This document shows, piece after piece, positions 1-12,759 of a stretch of DNA of 64,000 bases. A program made the position numbers and the translations under genes. The notes beneath the pieces were generated by a model, which searched no databases, was not told where the DNA came from, and worked only from the letters and a program-made list of their open reading frames with translations. This stretch comes from Eledone cirrhosa (taxonomy: Eukaryota): the NCBI GenBank assembly GCA_964016885.1, contig OZ024765.1, positions 15,190,001 to 15,254,000 on the forward strand, read 5' to 3'. Position 1 is the first letter of the stretch, and each line of letters opens with the position of its first letter.

Positions 1-305
1 AAACAAAAACACATAAACCACCACCAATACCACCACCTCCACCATGACGACCACTACCGTCTCCTCCAAGACTACTACAACCGTCACCACCACCACGTCC
101 ACCACCACCGTCTCCTCCAACACTACTACAACCGTCACCACCACCACCACGTCCACCACCACCACCATAACATTGTTATTCTTTATAATCGCTGACCTTG
201 ATTAAACAATACGTATATATATATATATATAATGTGTGTGCGTATATATACATGTATATATATATATATGAGTATATATATGTGTGTATATATATATATA
301 TATAT

Positions 306-348
<43 letters not shown>

Positions 349-354
349 TATAAA

Positions 355-395
<41 letters not shown>

Positions 396-430
396 AGGTT
401 TACATATATATATATATACATACATACATA

Positions 431-720
431 TATTGTTTTAGAGTAGTGACAGACTCATTTACTTTAATTTCAGCAAACAGTAGGAGATAAAGCTGACAAG
501 GCCTTGTTTCGCATTTATTGATGCTTATCAAAGCCAACTACTCCTCTTGTCCGCTGAAATCATGGATGTTTGGTTCTTATAGAATGTTTAATTTCTGCTG
601 GACCGGCAACCGCTCTGTATAATCAGTTCCTGATTATTTACTAGAATTCTGTTACTAGAGTCTGTCACTACTCTAAAACAATAGCATAAGGTCTTCGAAA
701 TGCTTTTAATTAAGCATACA
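431..720. mobile_element. (TA)n-embedded island with 26-bp inverted repeat; probable PLE pLTR-derived fragment
   Basis: TATTGTTTTAGAGTAGTGACAGACTC (431-456) is the reverse complement of 658-683; flanked by TA tracts; contains a degenerate HHR on the minus strand. Confidence 0.6.
491..535 (-). ncRNA. Degenerate type I hammerhead ribozyme motif
   Basis: Minus strand GGCT-TTGATAA-GCAT caataa ATGC-GAAAC AAGGCCTT GTC|AGCT; all three stems pair, but the core reads TTGATAA instead of CTGATGA (2 substitutions). Confidence 0.6.
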
Positions 721-1076
721 GTGTATTGCAAAATACACTATATATACATTCATATATATATAGCTATTTCAGAGCACCAATTCTAATATCTGATGATATG
801 GGATCGACTGTGCATTGGATATCGAATGCTCTACTAAATATATAATATTATAGATGTAGCGAGATCTAGGCAAATTGATGTCTATTGAAACGTACGTAAG
901 AACCGAATAAATCTATTTTGCTGCATCTTTCTGTTCTTTTTAATTCTTTATATATATATATATATATATATAAAGGTTTACATATATATATATACATACA
1001 TATACGTGTTTTGCAACGGGTCACTTTGTGGCTCAATGAAAAGTTAATAAATTAAATAATCAGAGCTATATATAAT

Positions 1077-1303
1077 AAAACATGTCTATAGAATCACCAG
1101 ATAAAATATAAACCATTTCCAATATTCGATAAATATTCCGTTGCAGCCGGCGCGAAGGGCTGGTTTCGGTTATTTGTTGGAGATTTCTTCATAGAAGCCT
1201 TATTCTTATAGCCTGGTCTATTCGATTTTTTATATGGTTAATTATGCTAATTGGGAGAGGAAATGGTATATATTTTATCTGGTGATTCTATAGACATGTT
1301 TTA

Positions 1304-1304
<1 letters not shown>
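1077..1304. mobile_element. (TA)n-associated island with ~33-bp inverted repeat
   Basis: AAAACATGTCTATAGAATCACCAGATAAAATATA at 1077-1110 is inverted at ~1270-1303; a diverged homolog lies at ~23374-23560. Confidence 0.55.
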
Positions 1305-1339
<35 letters not shown>

Positions 1340-1341
<2 letters not shown>

Positions 1342-1566
1342 AGAAATTAGAAAGTGAACAACACAAAATATAACTACTCTATTATCAAAGGTTTCTGGAT
1401 CCCAGACAATAATAACACACGTCTAGATAGGTCGTCAGACAGAGATGTTATTAACTTTGGTAATAGAGTAGTTATATTTTGTGTTGTTCACTTTTTAATT
1501 AAATAGCTCTGTTCTATACATAGAGCACTCTTTTTTCCTTTACTTTTCCTTCGGAATTACCTAACA
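1340..1566. mobile_element. (TA)n-embedded fold-back island with partial HHR motif
   Basis: ~46-bp arms at 1345-1390 and 1456-1500; minus strand CTCTGT-CTGACGA...GAAACCTTTGATA|ATAGAG; stem I pairs, stem II closure is imperfect. Confidence 0.5.
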
Positions 1567-2602
1567 TATATATATATATATGAATAAAGTTAGTCCTTCA
1601 TCAGTGATCTTCCAACCATCATTGGTATTTCATCGCTTTAAAGACCATTTACCTCCGGTTGGTGCGAGCAACGGCTAAAAAAAGTCGTTGGGACACGTAA
1701 ATAAAGGGAACAGCGAGAGTGTAAACAAACAAAGATGGTGAAGCAACGAAAAATGAGGAAGAACGAGTCAAGTCCCAAATTTCCATGAATATAAGTTCAG
1801 TGAAATCGTGAACGAGAGAGAATAAAGACCATCAAACCTGGTTGGAATGTGAGCAAGGAAGGAATTCCGTACAGGTCTAACGGGAGGAAGAAGGAATCTA
1901 GTCTGTGAATTCGGTGAACATAAGTTCTGTGAAATGGTAGACGAGAGAGAGAAAAAAAGGCGAACCAGCCTGACTAAGAGTGCGAAAGAAAAGAATTACG
2001 CACAGGTCAAACGGGAAGAAGGAGGAGGAGAGGTAGTAACAGAGAGTGAGTGAGTGAAGGGTGAGGAAGAGGCTAACAGAGAGAGTGACTGTTAGAGAGG
2101 GTAAAGATACAGAGAAAGAGGAAGCAGTAAGAACGAAATAGACGGGTCACAGCGGGGGAAAAAATATATATATATAAATATATATATATATAGCATGAAG
2201 AAAAACCAATGTTAACATCTTCAATCCATTCTTTAATTTCTACGCATGTTTCAATACAGGCGACAATGCTACATACATTAAGTTCATCGAACTTGGTCAC
2301 TTATCAATTATTTACACAAGACATAATATATATAGCACATGCATTTCTTCAGGAGATAAAAGAAGGAGCAAGTTTATCAAATTCAAATAAGCTGGTCTCG
2401 CTTGGGGATCATGTCCGATCAGTTGGAGACGGTTGCTTCTGACAGGACCCGTTGGAGTGAGTGCTTGGGGACTCTGCCCCCAAGAACCACCATCCCAAGA
2501 CGAAAGAATTTTTTAAAGAGAGAGAAGCGAAAAAAAGCGAATTTAGTTTAGAGTGAGATATAAGAATTCTATGTAAAAATATATAGGAAACAAATTATAA
2601 TT

Positions 2603-3172
2603 AATTGTTTCTACTTTTGGCGCAAGGCCAGCAATTAACCAGTACATTACTGGTACTTTATTTTATCAACCCCGTAAAGATGAAAGGCAAAGTTAACCGC
2701 GGCGGGATTTGAACTCAGATCGTAAAGGGACGTAACTGTGCTGGAAACCATGGCGTTTGACCCTCTACCGATACTGCCAATTCACACATAAATTATAATT
2801 GTTTCTACTTTAGGCACAAGGCCAGCAATTACCCAGTGCATTACTGGTACTTTATTTTATCGACCCCGTAAGGATGAAAGGCAAAGTCAACCTCGGCGGG
2901 ATTTGATCTCAGATCGTAAAGGGACGTAACTGTGCTGGAAACCATGGCGTTTGACCCTCTACCGATACTGCCAATTCACACATAAATTATAATTGTTTCT
3001 ACTTTAGGCACAAGGCCAACAATTACCCAGTGCATTACTGGTGCTTTATTTTATCGACCCCGTAAGGATGAAAGGCAAAGTCAACCTCGGCGGGATTTGA
3101 ACTCAGATCGTAAAGGGACGTAACTATGCTGGAAACCATGAGGTTTGACCCTCTACCGATACTGCTAATTCA
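2603..3172 (-). mobile_element. Three tandem tRNA-derived SINE copies (family 1), 194-bp period
   Basis: Units start at 2603, 2797 and 2991; on the minus strand: A-box-like TGGCAGTATCGG, B-box GAGTTCAAATCC and core GCCTTTCATCCTTACGGGGTCGATAAAATAAAGTACCAG. Confidence 0.85.
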
Positions 3173-3289
3173 CACATAAATTATAATTAATGTTAATCAG
3201 GTTTGAATTCAAATGACAGGGGGGTATCGCATTATCTGACCTCATAATCTGTTGGTAGTTGGTATTGGAAAATATAAAAAAAATCTACT

Positions 3290-5272
3290 ACAACCACAAG
3301 CAGAACCACCGACACGACCTCCACCACCAGCATCAATTTACAACCAACACAACTACTACCACCAACACCACCAATTTATCATCACCCCTCTACCTCTGCT
3401 ACCACCACAGCCACCACCATCAATTTAGCACCAATATTACCACCGCGTTACCACCAGCACAATTACAAACACCAATACCATCAACCCTATACCTCTGCCC
3501 TACCACTACTGCTACTACCATTACTACTACAACCGCAACCATCACCATCAGTTTAACACCAACACTACCACTGCCATCAGCACTACTATTACCGCCACCA
3601 GCATCAATTTACTACCACCCCCTCTACCTCTACACTAGCACTACCGCTACCACCACTACTACTATCACCACAACCACAACCGGCATCAATTTAGCACCAA
3701 CACTACCACTGTCATCAGCACTACTAGTACTACGACTACCAGTATCAATCTACCATCACCTCTCTACCTCCAGCACTACCACCAGTAGTACAACTTCACT
3801 ACCACTAATACTACAGCCACCACCACCAACACCTCTACCTCAGCGCTAATAATACCACCACCTCTACAACCAGCACTACCACTTCACTACCACTACCACC
3901 AGCACTACTACTACCACCACCATTTTACCATCACCTCTCTACCTCTACACTACCACCATCTCTACAACCAACACTACCACTACCACCAGCACTACTACTA
4001 CCACCACCAGCACTACTACTACCACCACCATTTTACCATCACCTGTCTACCTCTACACTACCACCATCTCTACAACCAGCACCAGCACTACTACTACCAC
4101 CACCATTTTACCATCACCTCTCTACCTCTACACTACCACCATCTCTACAACCAGCACTACCACTTCACTACCACTACAACTAGCACTACTACTACCACCA
4201 CCATTTTACCATCACCTCTCTACCTCTACACTATCACCACCTCTACAATCAACACTACCACTACCACCAGCACTACTACTACCACCACCATTTTACCATC
4301 ACCTCTCTACCTCTACACTACCACCATCTCTACAACCAGCACTACCACTTCACTACCACTACAACTAGCACTACTACTACCACCACCATTTTACCATCAC
4401 CTCTCTACCTCTACACTACCACCACCTCTACAATCAACACTACCACTACCACCAGCACTACTACTACCACCACCATTTTACCATCACCTCTCTACCTCTA
4501 CACTACCACCATCTCTACAACCAGCACTACCACTTCACTACCACTACAACTAGCACTACTACTACCACCACCATTTTACCATCACCTCTCTACCTCTACA
4601 CTACCACCACCTCTACAATCAACACTACCACTACCACCAGCACTACTACTACCACCACCATTTTACCATCACCTCTCTACCTCTACACTACCACCATCTC
4701 TACAACCAGCACTACCACTTCACTACCACTACAACCAGCACTACTACTACCACCATCACCTTTACATCTACGCTACCACTACCACCATCCACTTCCCCAA
4801 CAACACCTTACCACAACCACCACCACCACCACAACAGATCCACAAATACCACCAACACCACCACTCCTATCATCCCTACTACTACCATCATCACCACCAC
4901 CACTAGGACACCACCACCACACCTATCATCCCCAACACCACACCATACCACCACGAAACCACCCCTACCACGACACCATACCACCATCACCACCACCACC
5001 ACACCACCACCACCACCATCATTACCACGCCACTATCACCACCACACACAACCACCACTATCACCACCACCACACACCACAACTATAACCGCCACCACAC
5101 CACCATCACCGCCACCACAACTATCACCACCACACCACAACTATCACCACCCCTCCACAACCACAACCACTCCACCACCACCACAACTATAACAACCACA
5201 CCACTACCACCACCACCACTATCACCACCACTATCACCACCACCACCACAATCACCACCACCACCACCACCA
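3290..5272. repeat. CAC/CTA-rich low-complexity tract with internal minisatellite
   Basis: Repeating CACTACTACTACCACCACCATTTTACCATCACCTCTCTACCTCTACACTACCACC units at ~3880-4760. Confidence 0.9.
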
Positions 5273-5364
5273 GGTAAATTAAACACAACTAAAGTGAAAT
5301 TAAACGAAATAAGCGGATTATATAGAGGCGACATTTTAATTGTTTGACAAACATGTAACACTAC

Positions 5365-5910
5365 ACAACACCTGTACACGTCTGTGGTGGAGTCTCTTAT
5401 ATACACACATATATATATACACACACCTGTACACGTCTGTGGTCTATATATACACACATATATATATATATACACACCTGTACACGTCTGTGGTGTATGT
5501 ATACACACACATATATATACACACCTGTACGTCTGTGGTGTATGTACACACACACATATATATACACACCTGTACACGTCTGTGTTGTATATACACACAC
5601 ACATATATATATACACACCTGTACACGTCTGTGGTGTATACACACACACACATATATATACACACCTGTAAACGTCTATGGTGGAGTATGGTGTATATAC
5701 ACACACATATAAATATACACACCTGTACACGTCTGTGGCGGAGTGTGGTGTATATACACACACATATATATACACACACATATATGTATATATACACACC
5801 TGTATACGTATGTGGTGGAGTGTGCTATACACACACACACATACACACATATATATATATATATATACATATATACGTACACGTCTGTGGTGGAGTGTGT
5901 TATATGCACA
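5365..5910. repeat. Minisatellite CACACCTGTACACGTCTGTGGTG separated by (TA/CA)n
   Basis: About 10 visible copies of the core. Confidence 0.85.
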
Positions 5911-6024
5911 CACATATATATATATACTCATATATACATATATATACACATATATACACATATATACATATATATACTCATATATACATATATATACACA
6001 TATATACATATATATATATATAAT

Positions 6025-6243
6025 AGTGAAGGCGTGTGGCTGAGTGGTTAGAGAATTGGATTCGCAATCATAAGGTTGTGAGTTCGATTCCTGGACCAGG
6101 CGATGCGTTATGTCCTTGGGCAAGACACTTTATTTCACGTTGCTCCTTCTACCTGGAGTTGCGACCGATAGATAGTATTAGCAATTGGAAAGACCAACGG
6201 AAACATTGTTCCCTCGGTCCGATTTGACGAAAGTCGATCGACT
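6025..6243 (+). mobile_element. tRNA-derived SINE (family 2)
   Basis: A-box TGGCTGAGTGG, B-box GAGTTCGATTCC, then TGTCCTTGGGCAAGACACTTTATTTCAC; near-identical copies at 7865, 26178, 57786 and 60578. Confidence 0.85.
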
Positions 6244-6304
6244 CCTATATACATATATATAAACATATATACATATATATATAAACATATATATATATAT
6301 ATAT

Positions 6305-7840
6305 CTTAGATTCTTCCGCTCCGTTCGGCGCATCGAGCAGTAGGTACTCGCCAAAGGTCACGATGAGTGGCGGCAACTTTTTCGAGACCGTGCCAGGTGA
6401 TGTTGGCTGCCATCAGGTCCTTCCGGGATGTTCGTCGCCAGGTGATCCTTGGGCAACCCCGCCCCCGTTTACCGCCAGGCGGAGTCCAGTTCATCGCTGT
6501 TTTCGAATGCCGTTCATTTGGCAGACGCAGAATATGGCCAGTCAGAGGGTACCGACACCCCGTGACGACTCTTTGTAGGGTCCACGACTCGGCTCTCCGC
6601 AGGATCTCCTCGTTTCACACTCGGTCGCGCCAGGACACAGGAAGGATCTTTCGCAGGCACCGCTGGTGGAAAGCCTTCAGCCGTGTCTCTATTTTTGCCG
6701 TACTCTTCCAGGTCTCGCTCGCATAAAGCACTGTCGGCAGCACGATGCTCTTGTACAGGCGGAGCTTGGTCTTGGTGCTAATGCATGAAGACGACCAGAC
6801 AGGGCACAGCCGCTGCTGGAAAACTGCGGCTCCTTTGCCGATCCGTCAGTTGATGTCAAAGTCCGCGTCGCCACTGCTTTTCAGGATGCTGCCCAGATAG
6901 GTGAAGTGATCGACTTCGTGGAGGTCCTGTTGGTTGACTCTGATCACTGGACCTGTGTTGCTGGCCGTTCTCATGACCTTAGTCTTTTTGGTGTTGATTC
7001 TCAGGCCGATCTTTTCCGCACTCTCTTGTAGGGATGTTGTTAGGGCCTCCAGATCTGCACTGTTTTCAGCGATCAAAGCGATGTCGTCGGCGCATGCCAG
7101 GCCCCTCAGCCTCGACTGCCCTTTCCATGGGATTCCTCGACCGGGTCCTTCATCCATTCGCCTTAGTACGAAATCGACTGCCAGCGGGAACAACAGTGAT
7201 GAGAGAATGCAACCCTGTCTGACTCCGGAGACAATGTCAAAGAACTGCGTCACACCGGACTCAGTCTGCATGCAGCAGCTGGAGTTTTCATACAGGGCCT
7301 TGAAAATGGCGATGAATCTTGCAGGAATACCGAACAGTTGCGCAACGTTCCACAGCGACTCCCGGTGTACACTGTCGAGTGCCTTCTGGAAATCAATAAA
7401 ATTGACTGCCAAAGGCTGTTGTAGCTCAACGCATTGTTCGAGAATGTTGCGTAGTGTAAAGATCTGTTCCGTGCAAGATAGATTTTTTCGGAAGCCGGCT
7501 TGTTCCTCCCGAAGCCCAGAGTCGACAGCCTGCAGGAGTCGACGCAGCAGTATAGTGCCCGGGACTGACAGCAATGTGATACCACGCCAGTTGTTGCAGT
7601 GTGCCAGGTTTCCCTTCTTCGGCAGTTTGACGATGACACCGCGCTGCCACTGAAAGGGAGCCCGACCAACCCTCCAACAGTGGTACATCAAGTCTGTCAA
7701 CGCCGTTATCGTGCTCTTCTCACCGAATTTGAGCAGCCTCAGCAGAGATCTCATCCAGTCAGCCTGCTTTGCCGTTCCTCAAATGGCTAATCGCATCTCT
7801 CGTCTCTTGCTTGGTGATATGGTCCTCGCAGACTTTGAGT
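6305..7840 (-). mobile_element. 5'-truncated RTE-clade LINE (reverse transcriptase plus C-terminus), pseudogenised
   Basis: ORF 7754-6846 has RT motifs KLPKKGNL..CNNWRGITLLS, EQAGFR, FIDFQKALDSV, GVRQGCILS, CADD and FTYLGS; the same frame continues through two TGA stops via LYASETW and GHILRLP to WTPPGGKRGRGCPRITW. Confidence 0.95.
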
Positions 7841-7864
7841 ATATATATATATATATATAAAGAA

Positions 7865-8080
7865 ACGATCGACTTTCGTCAAATAGGACCGAGGGAACAA
7901 TGTTTCCGTTGGTATTTCCAATTGCTAATATTATCTATCGGTCGCAACTCCAGGTAGAAGGAGCAACGTGAAATAAAGTGTCTTGCCCAAGGACATAACG
8001 CATCGCCTGGTCCAGGAATCGAACTCACAACCTTACGATTGCGAATCCAATTCTCTAACCACTCAGCCACACGCCTTCAC
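7865..8080 (-). mobile_element. tRNA-derived SINE (family 2)
   Basis: Reverse complement of 6025-6243 with few substitutions. Confidence 0.85.
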
Positions 8081-8099
8081 ATATATATATATATATATG

Positions 8100-8525
8100 T
8101 ATGGGATAACAAGATATCGTTTAAGGTAATCCAGTTAGAGGTTGTGAGTACTCTGTACTATGGATATTTTTAACGTACGGCGTTGTTTAACTCAGCAAGA
8201 GGTTTCCTTAGTTAGGTAGCGAGTTCGTGAAAATTCCTATGCAGGTCATTCTTGGAGTAATAGTAGTGAAACGGTGAAGGATTTCTATGCAGGTCATTCT
8301 TGGAGTAATAGTAGTGAAACGGTGAAGAATAACATGGTCGGCTGTATAAAAAGGGTTTTATTTACAATAGTAACAATTGTTTCATTGCTCAGGTGAGTCT
8401 AGATGCCACTGATCACTCGACATTACGTCACTTGACCTTAAATACAGTGTGTGTCTCTGATCAACATCGGCATACTGGAGGGTGTAACACATGGCACTGG
8501 TATTTATAGATTCATCGGAGAATCA
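8100..8525. mobile_element. (TA)n-embedded dispersed repeat island
   Basis: 8330-8470 is homologous (reverse complement) to 44265-44420; internal 49-bp direct duplication at 8237-8328. Confidence 0.5.
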
Positions 8526-8756
8526 TATATATATATATATATTCATTTAGGTGTGTGGGTTCGCCACTGGATAGAACTGGTCATTCCGTACAGTCAACTC
8601 TTGTTGGTGGTGCGAGAACGGAGTTAATTATTATTGAGTAAACTGACAGGAAGTTGGACTGGTCAAAGATTTATTACAAACATTATGCACATTTCAATGA
8701 CCAGGTTCCGTAGAATCTTGGTGACATCATAAGGTGTTTATGTATAATAGCTATAG

Positions 8757-9148
8757 AATTGTTTCTATTTTTGGCACAAGGCCAGCAATAACCCAGTGTA
8801 TTACTGGTACTTTATTTTATCAAACCCCATAATGATGAAAGGCAAAGTTAACCTCGGCGGGATTTGAACTCAGAATGGCAAGGGCCGTAAGTCTATACGT
8901 CAAAGCATGTCGTCCGACCCTCGACCGTTACTGCCAATCCACCGCCCTTATAATAGCTATATAATTGTTTCTACTTTAGGCACAAGGCCAGCAATTACCC
9001 AGTGCATTACTGGTACTTTATTTTATCGACCCCGTAAGCATGAAAGACAAAGTCAACCTCGGCGGGATTTGAACTCAGATCGTAAAGGGACGTAACTATG
9101 CTGGAAAGCATGGCGTCCGACCCTCTACCGACACTGCCAATCCACCGC
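8757..9148 (-). mobile_element. SINE family 1 dimer nested in another repeat
   Basis: Copies at 8757-8947 and 8963-9148; TATAATAGCTATA occurs before, between and after them (TSD-like); the host flanks match 60350-60530. Confidence 0.85.
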
Positions 9149-9409
9149 TATATAATAGCTATATAATAGCTATATAATAAAGGAATATAATAAAGAAATA
9201 GTGGTAAACACAATCCATGAGACTGAAAAGCTGAGAGAAATGTTAAGACCCGAAGGCGGTCAGTTGCATCTGTTACCACCCTCTTGGATTATGTTTACCA
9301 CTATTTAGAGTTTAGGTTCACTTCAGTGTCCAGGTGTAGAGCTAGACAGAGTGTATTATAGTGAAATAAGATAACAAAGGCGATTGGTTACTCCTTCGAT
9401 ACGTTTATT

Positions 9410-9502
9410 GGTTGCTGATGAACGTTTCGCCACTGATCAGCCGAATGTTCGATCTGTATCGATCTAGCCCGACTCTATAATCCACGGCTCATCAGACCCC
9501 TT
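9410..9502 (-). ncRNA. Hammerhead-like motif with long stem II insertion
   Basis: Minus strand GGGGT-CTGATGA-GCC...(TCGAT acag ATCGA hairpin)...GGC-GAAACGTTCATC|AGC; core intact, stems I and III weak. Confidence 0.5.
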
Positions 9503-9526
9503 ATAAGGGTAATGAAAAAGAAAATA

Positions 9527-9560
<34 letters not shown>

Positions 9561-9561
<1 letters not shown>

Positions 9562-9717
9562 GAACCAGTAAGACCCCGACGGCTGAGCTCAAGCCGTTTC
9601 GACGGCTAATTTTGGACTAAAAATAAAAAAAGAACAAAAAAATTACCCACTCTACTACCCTAAGTATTGAGTACTTTGGTGCGTTATGGTCCACCTGGTT
9701 CCTTACCACATTTCCTT

Positions 9718-9720
<3 letters not shown>
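9561..9720. mobile_element. (TA)n-embedded repeat family C fragment (carries an HHR 3' half)
   Basis: Shares CCCCGACGGCTGAGCTCAAGCCGTTTCGACGGC and/or GGTGCGTTATGGTCCA with 34365-34555, 43000-43130, 52860-52912 and 59020-59065. Confidence 0.6.
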
Positions 9721-9768
<48 letters not shown>

Positions 9769-10314
9769 TCGATGAAAAACGTATTATGCCTCATACAGAC
9801 ATTATACTCTCGTCAGCCACCAGGCAGGAAGTACAGTTTTGTGGGTTAATGTGATACTGCCTTTGTGTTACCAGTTAACATAAAATAAATCGAATGATCA
9901 ATCTGCTGGTTGGATGCGTATGAGACAATAATATGTATATATATATATATATAGAAATATATATATTATTGTGGATGGGTGTTTGTAAGCATTGAAAACA
10001 CACACCAAGCTTGTAAGGTGTATACATCGTTGATAAATTTAATTATCTAATAATTACCTAATGTATAAGTACTTGAGGGTTCGTCTGCAGCATACATGTA
10101 GATAATTACTTCATAGTTATTCACTGCTTTATGTACACATACACATTTATGTACACATACACATATATATAAACACATACATACATACATATATCTACAC
10201 ATATATATATATATACACACACACACATATATATATACGTGTGTGTATATTTAACAATACTAATAAAGCAAAAGTCAATGATAGGCAGTAAATTAAGTGA
10301 AAACTAATGTATGC

Positions 10315-10383
<69 letters not shown>

Positions 10384-10400
10384 CATATATATATACATAC

Positions 10401-10436
<36 letters not shown>

Positions 10437-10441
10437 TAATA

Positions 10442-10472
<31 letters not shown>

Positions 10473-10959
10473 TAATATATATGTGTATGTATATATATCT
10501 ATATTAATATATATGTATATATATATATATATTTATTTATACATATATTTATATCTATACATATATTTATATCTATACAAGGGTGTGTTTGAGAGTTTGT
10601 GGATGTGTATATATAGGCAGACTTTATGTTTATGGAATTATATATACATATATATATATATAAATAAATATATATATGTATATATAAATATGTATATACA
10701 AATATATATATTGAGAGAGAGGGAGAGAGAGAGAAGGGCGTCTGGGGAAGGGGAAGAGAACTGTGGTGAATTCTAACATGGTTTAAACCATGCAACTGTA
10801 ATAAGGTCATTTGTTCAACCTCTTCTTTTTTATATTGTTTCCCTCATTGTTATATCATCATCATCTTCGTCGTTATTATCACCATTATTATCGCCCTCCT
10901 TCTCCTCCTCGCTTTGTCGTCGCCATCTCTATCACACTTATCATCATCATTATCTCTCT

Positions 10960-12500
10960 ACTCATCACCAACATCATTTTCGTCGCCACCACCATTATCG
11001 CCGTCAATTTTATCATCTCCATTACCACCATTATCGTTATCATAATTTTCAACCTCATTACTAACATCATCAACATTTTCACCACCCTTACCATCAACAT
11101 TTTCACCACCCTTACCATCAACATTTTCACCACCATTACGATCATCATCAACATTTTCACCACCATTACGATCATCATCAACATTTTCACCACCATTACG
11201 ATCATCATCAACATTTTCACCACCATTACGATCATCATCAACATTTTCACCACCCTTACCATCAACATTTTCACCACCATTACCATCATCATTTTCACCA
11301 CCATTATCATCATCACCACCCTTACCATCAACATTTTCACCACCCTTACCATCATCATTTTCACCACCATTACCATCATCATCAACATTTTCACCACCCT
11401 TACCATCAACATTTTAACCACCATTACCATCATCATTTTCACCACCATTATCATCATCACCACCCTTACCATCAACATTTTCACCACCATTACCATCATC
11501 ATTTTCACCACCAAAATTTTCACCACCATTACCATCATCATCAACATTTTCACCACCATTATCATCATCATCAACATTTTCACCACCATTACCATCATCA
11601 ACATTTTCACCACCATCATCATCATTTTCACCACCATTACCATCAACATTTTCACCACCATTACCATCATCATCAACATTTTCACCACCATTATCATCAT
11701 CATCAACATTTTCACCACCATTACCATCATCATCAACATTTTCACCACCATTACCATCATCATCAACATTTTCACCACCATCATCATCATTTTCACCACC
11801 ATTACCATCAACATTTTCACCACCATTACCATCATCATCAACATTTTCACCACCATTATCATCATCATCAACATTTTCACCACCATTACCATCATCATCA
11901 ACATTTTCACCACCATTACCATCATCATCAACATTTTCACCACCATTATCATCATCATCAACATTTTCACCACCATTACCATCATCATCAACATTTTCAC
12001 CACCATTATCATCATCATCAACATTTTCACCACCATTACCATCATCATCAACATTTTCACCACCATCATCATCATCATTTTCACCACCATTACCATCATC
12101 ACCAACATTTTCACCACCATTACCATCATCACTAACATTTTCACCACCATTACCATCATCACCAACATTTTCACCACCATTACCATCATCACCAACATTT
12201 TCACCACCATTACCATCATCACTAACATTTTCACCACCATTACCATCATCACCAACATTTTCACCACCATTACCATCATCTGCATTCTTCCCATCATCAT
12301 CATCACCACAATTATTACTACCATTATTATCATCGTCACCACCATCATCACCAAAACAACATCACCATCATCATCATCATCACAATGTTTACTTCCATCA
12401 TCACCACTATTCCAATCATCACCACCACCATTATTACCATCGTAATCACCACATTAACATCATCGCCACAATCACCATTAACACCAATAACATCTTCACC
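10960..12500. repeat. ATC/ACC minisatellite (CATCAACATTTTCACCACCATTACCATCAT, ~24-30 bp)
   Basis: Direct tandem repetition. Confidence 0.95.
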
Positions 12501-12645
12501 AACATCGTGTACACACACCCAACACCGACTGCACCATGTAACACAACCACTCTATTCTGCCTATCAATTATATTTACTGCAATGTTTATGTAATTATATT
12601 TCCACCACAAATCTGATTATTCCTAATAACCAAAGAAATCTCGAT

Positions 12646-12676
<31 letters not shown>

Positions 12677-12759
12677 CGCATGTATATATACACATGTATA
12701 TACATAGAGAGTAAAGGAAGGAGGCAAATACAACATGCGTCACACATATTAACCAAAAA

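Noticed and set aside
6025-6105. tRNA gene
   Set aside because: A/B boxes belong to a multi-copy SINE head; no complete cloverleaf or terminator
6846-6848. Programmed readthrough or selenocysteine at in-frame TGA codons of the RTE
   Set aside because: Element is 5'-truncated with a degenerate catalytic motif (CADD); point mutation is the simpler explanation
6934-7653. 239-aa plus-strand ORF
   Set aside because: Antisense shadow of the GC-rich RTE reverse transcriptase
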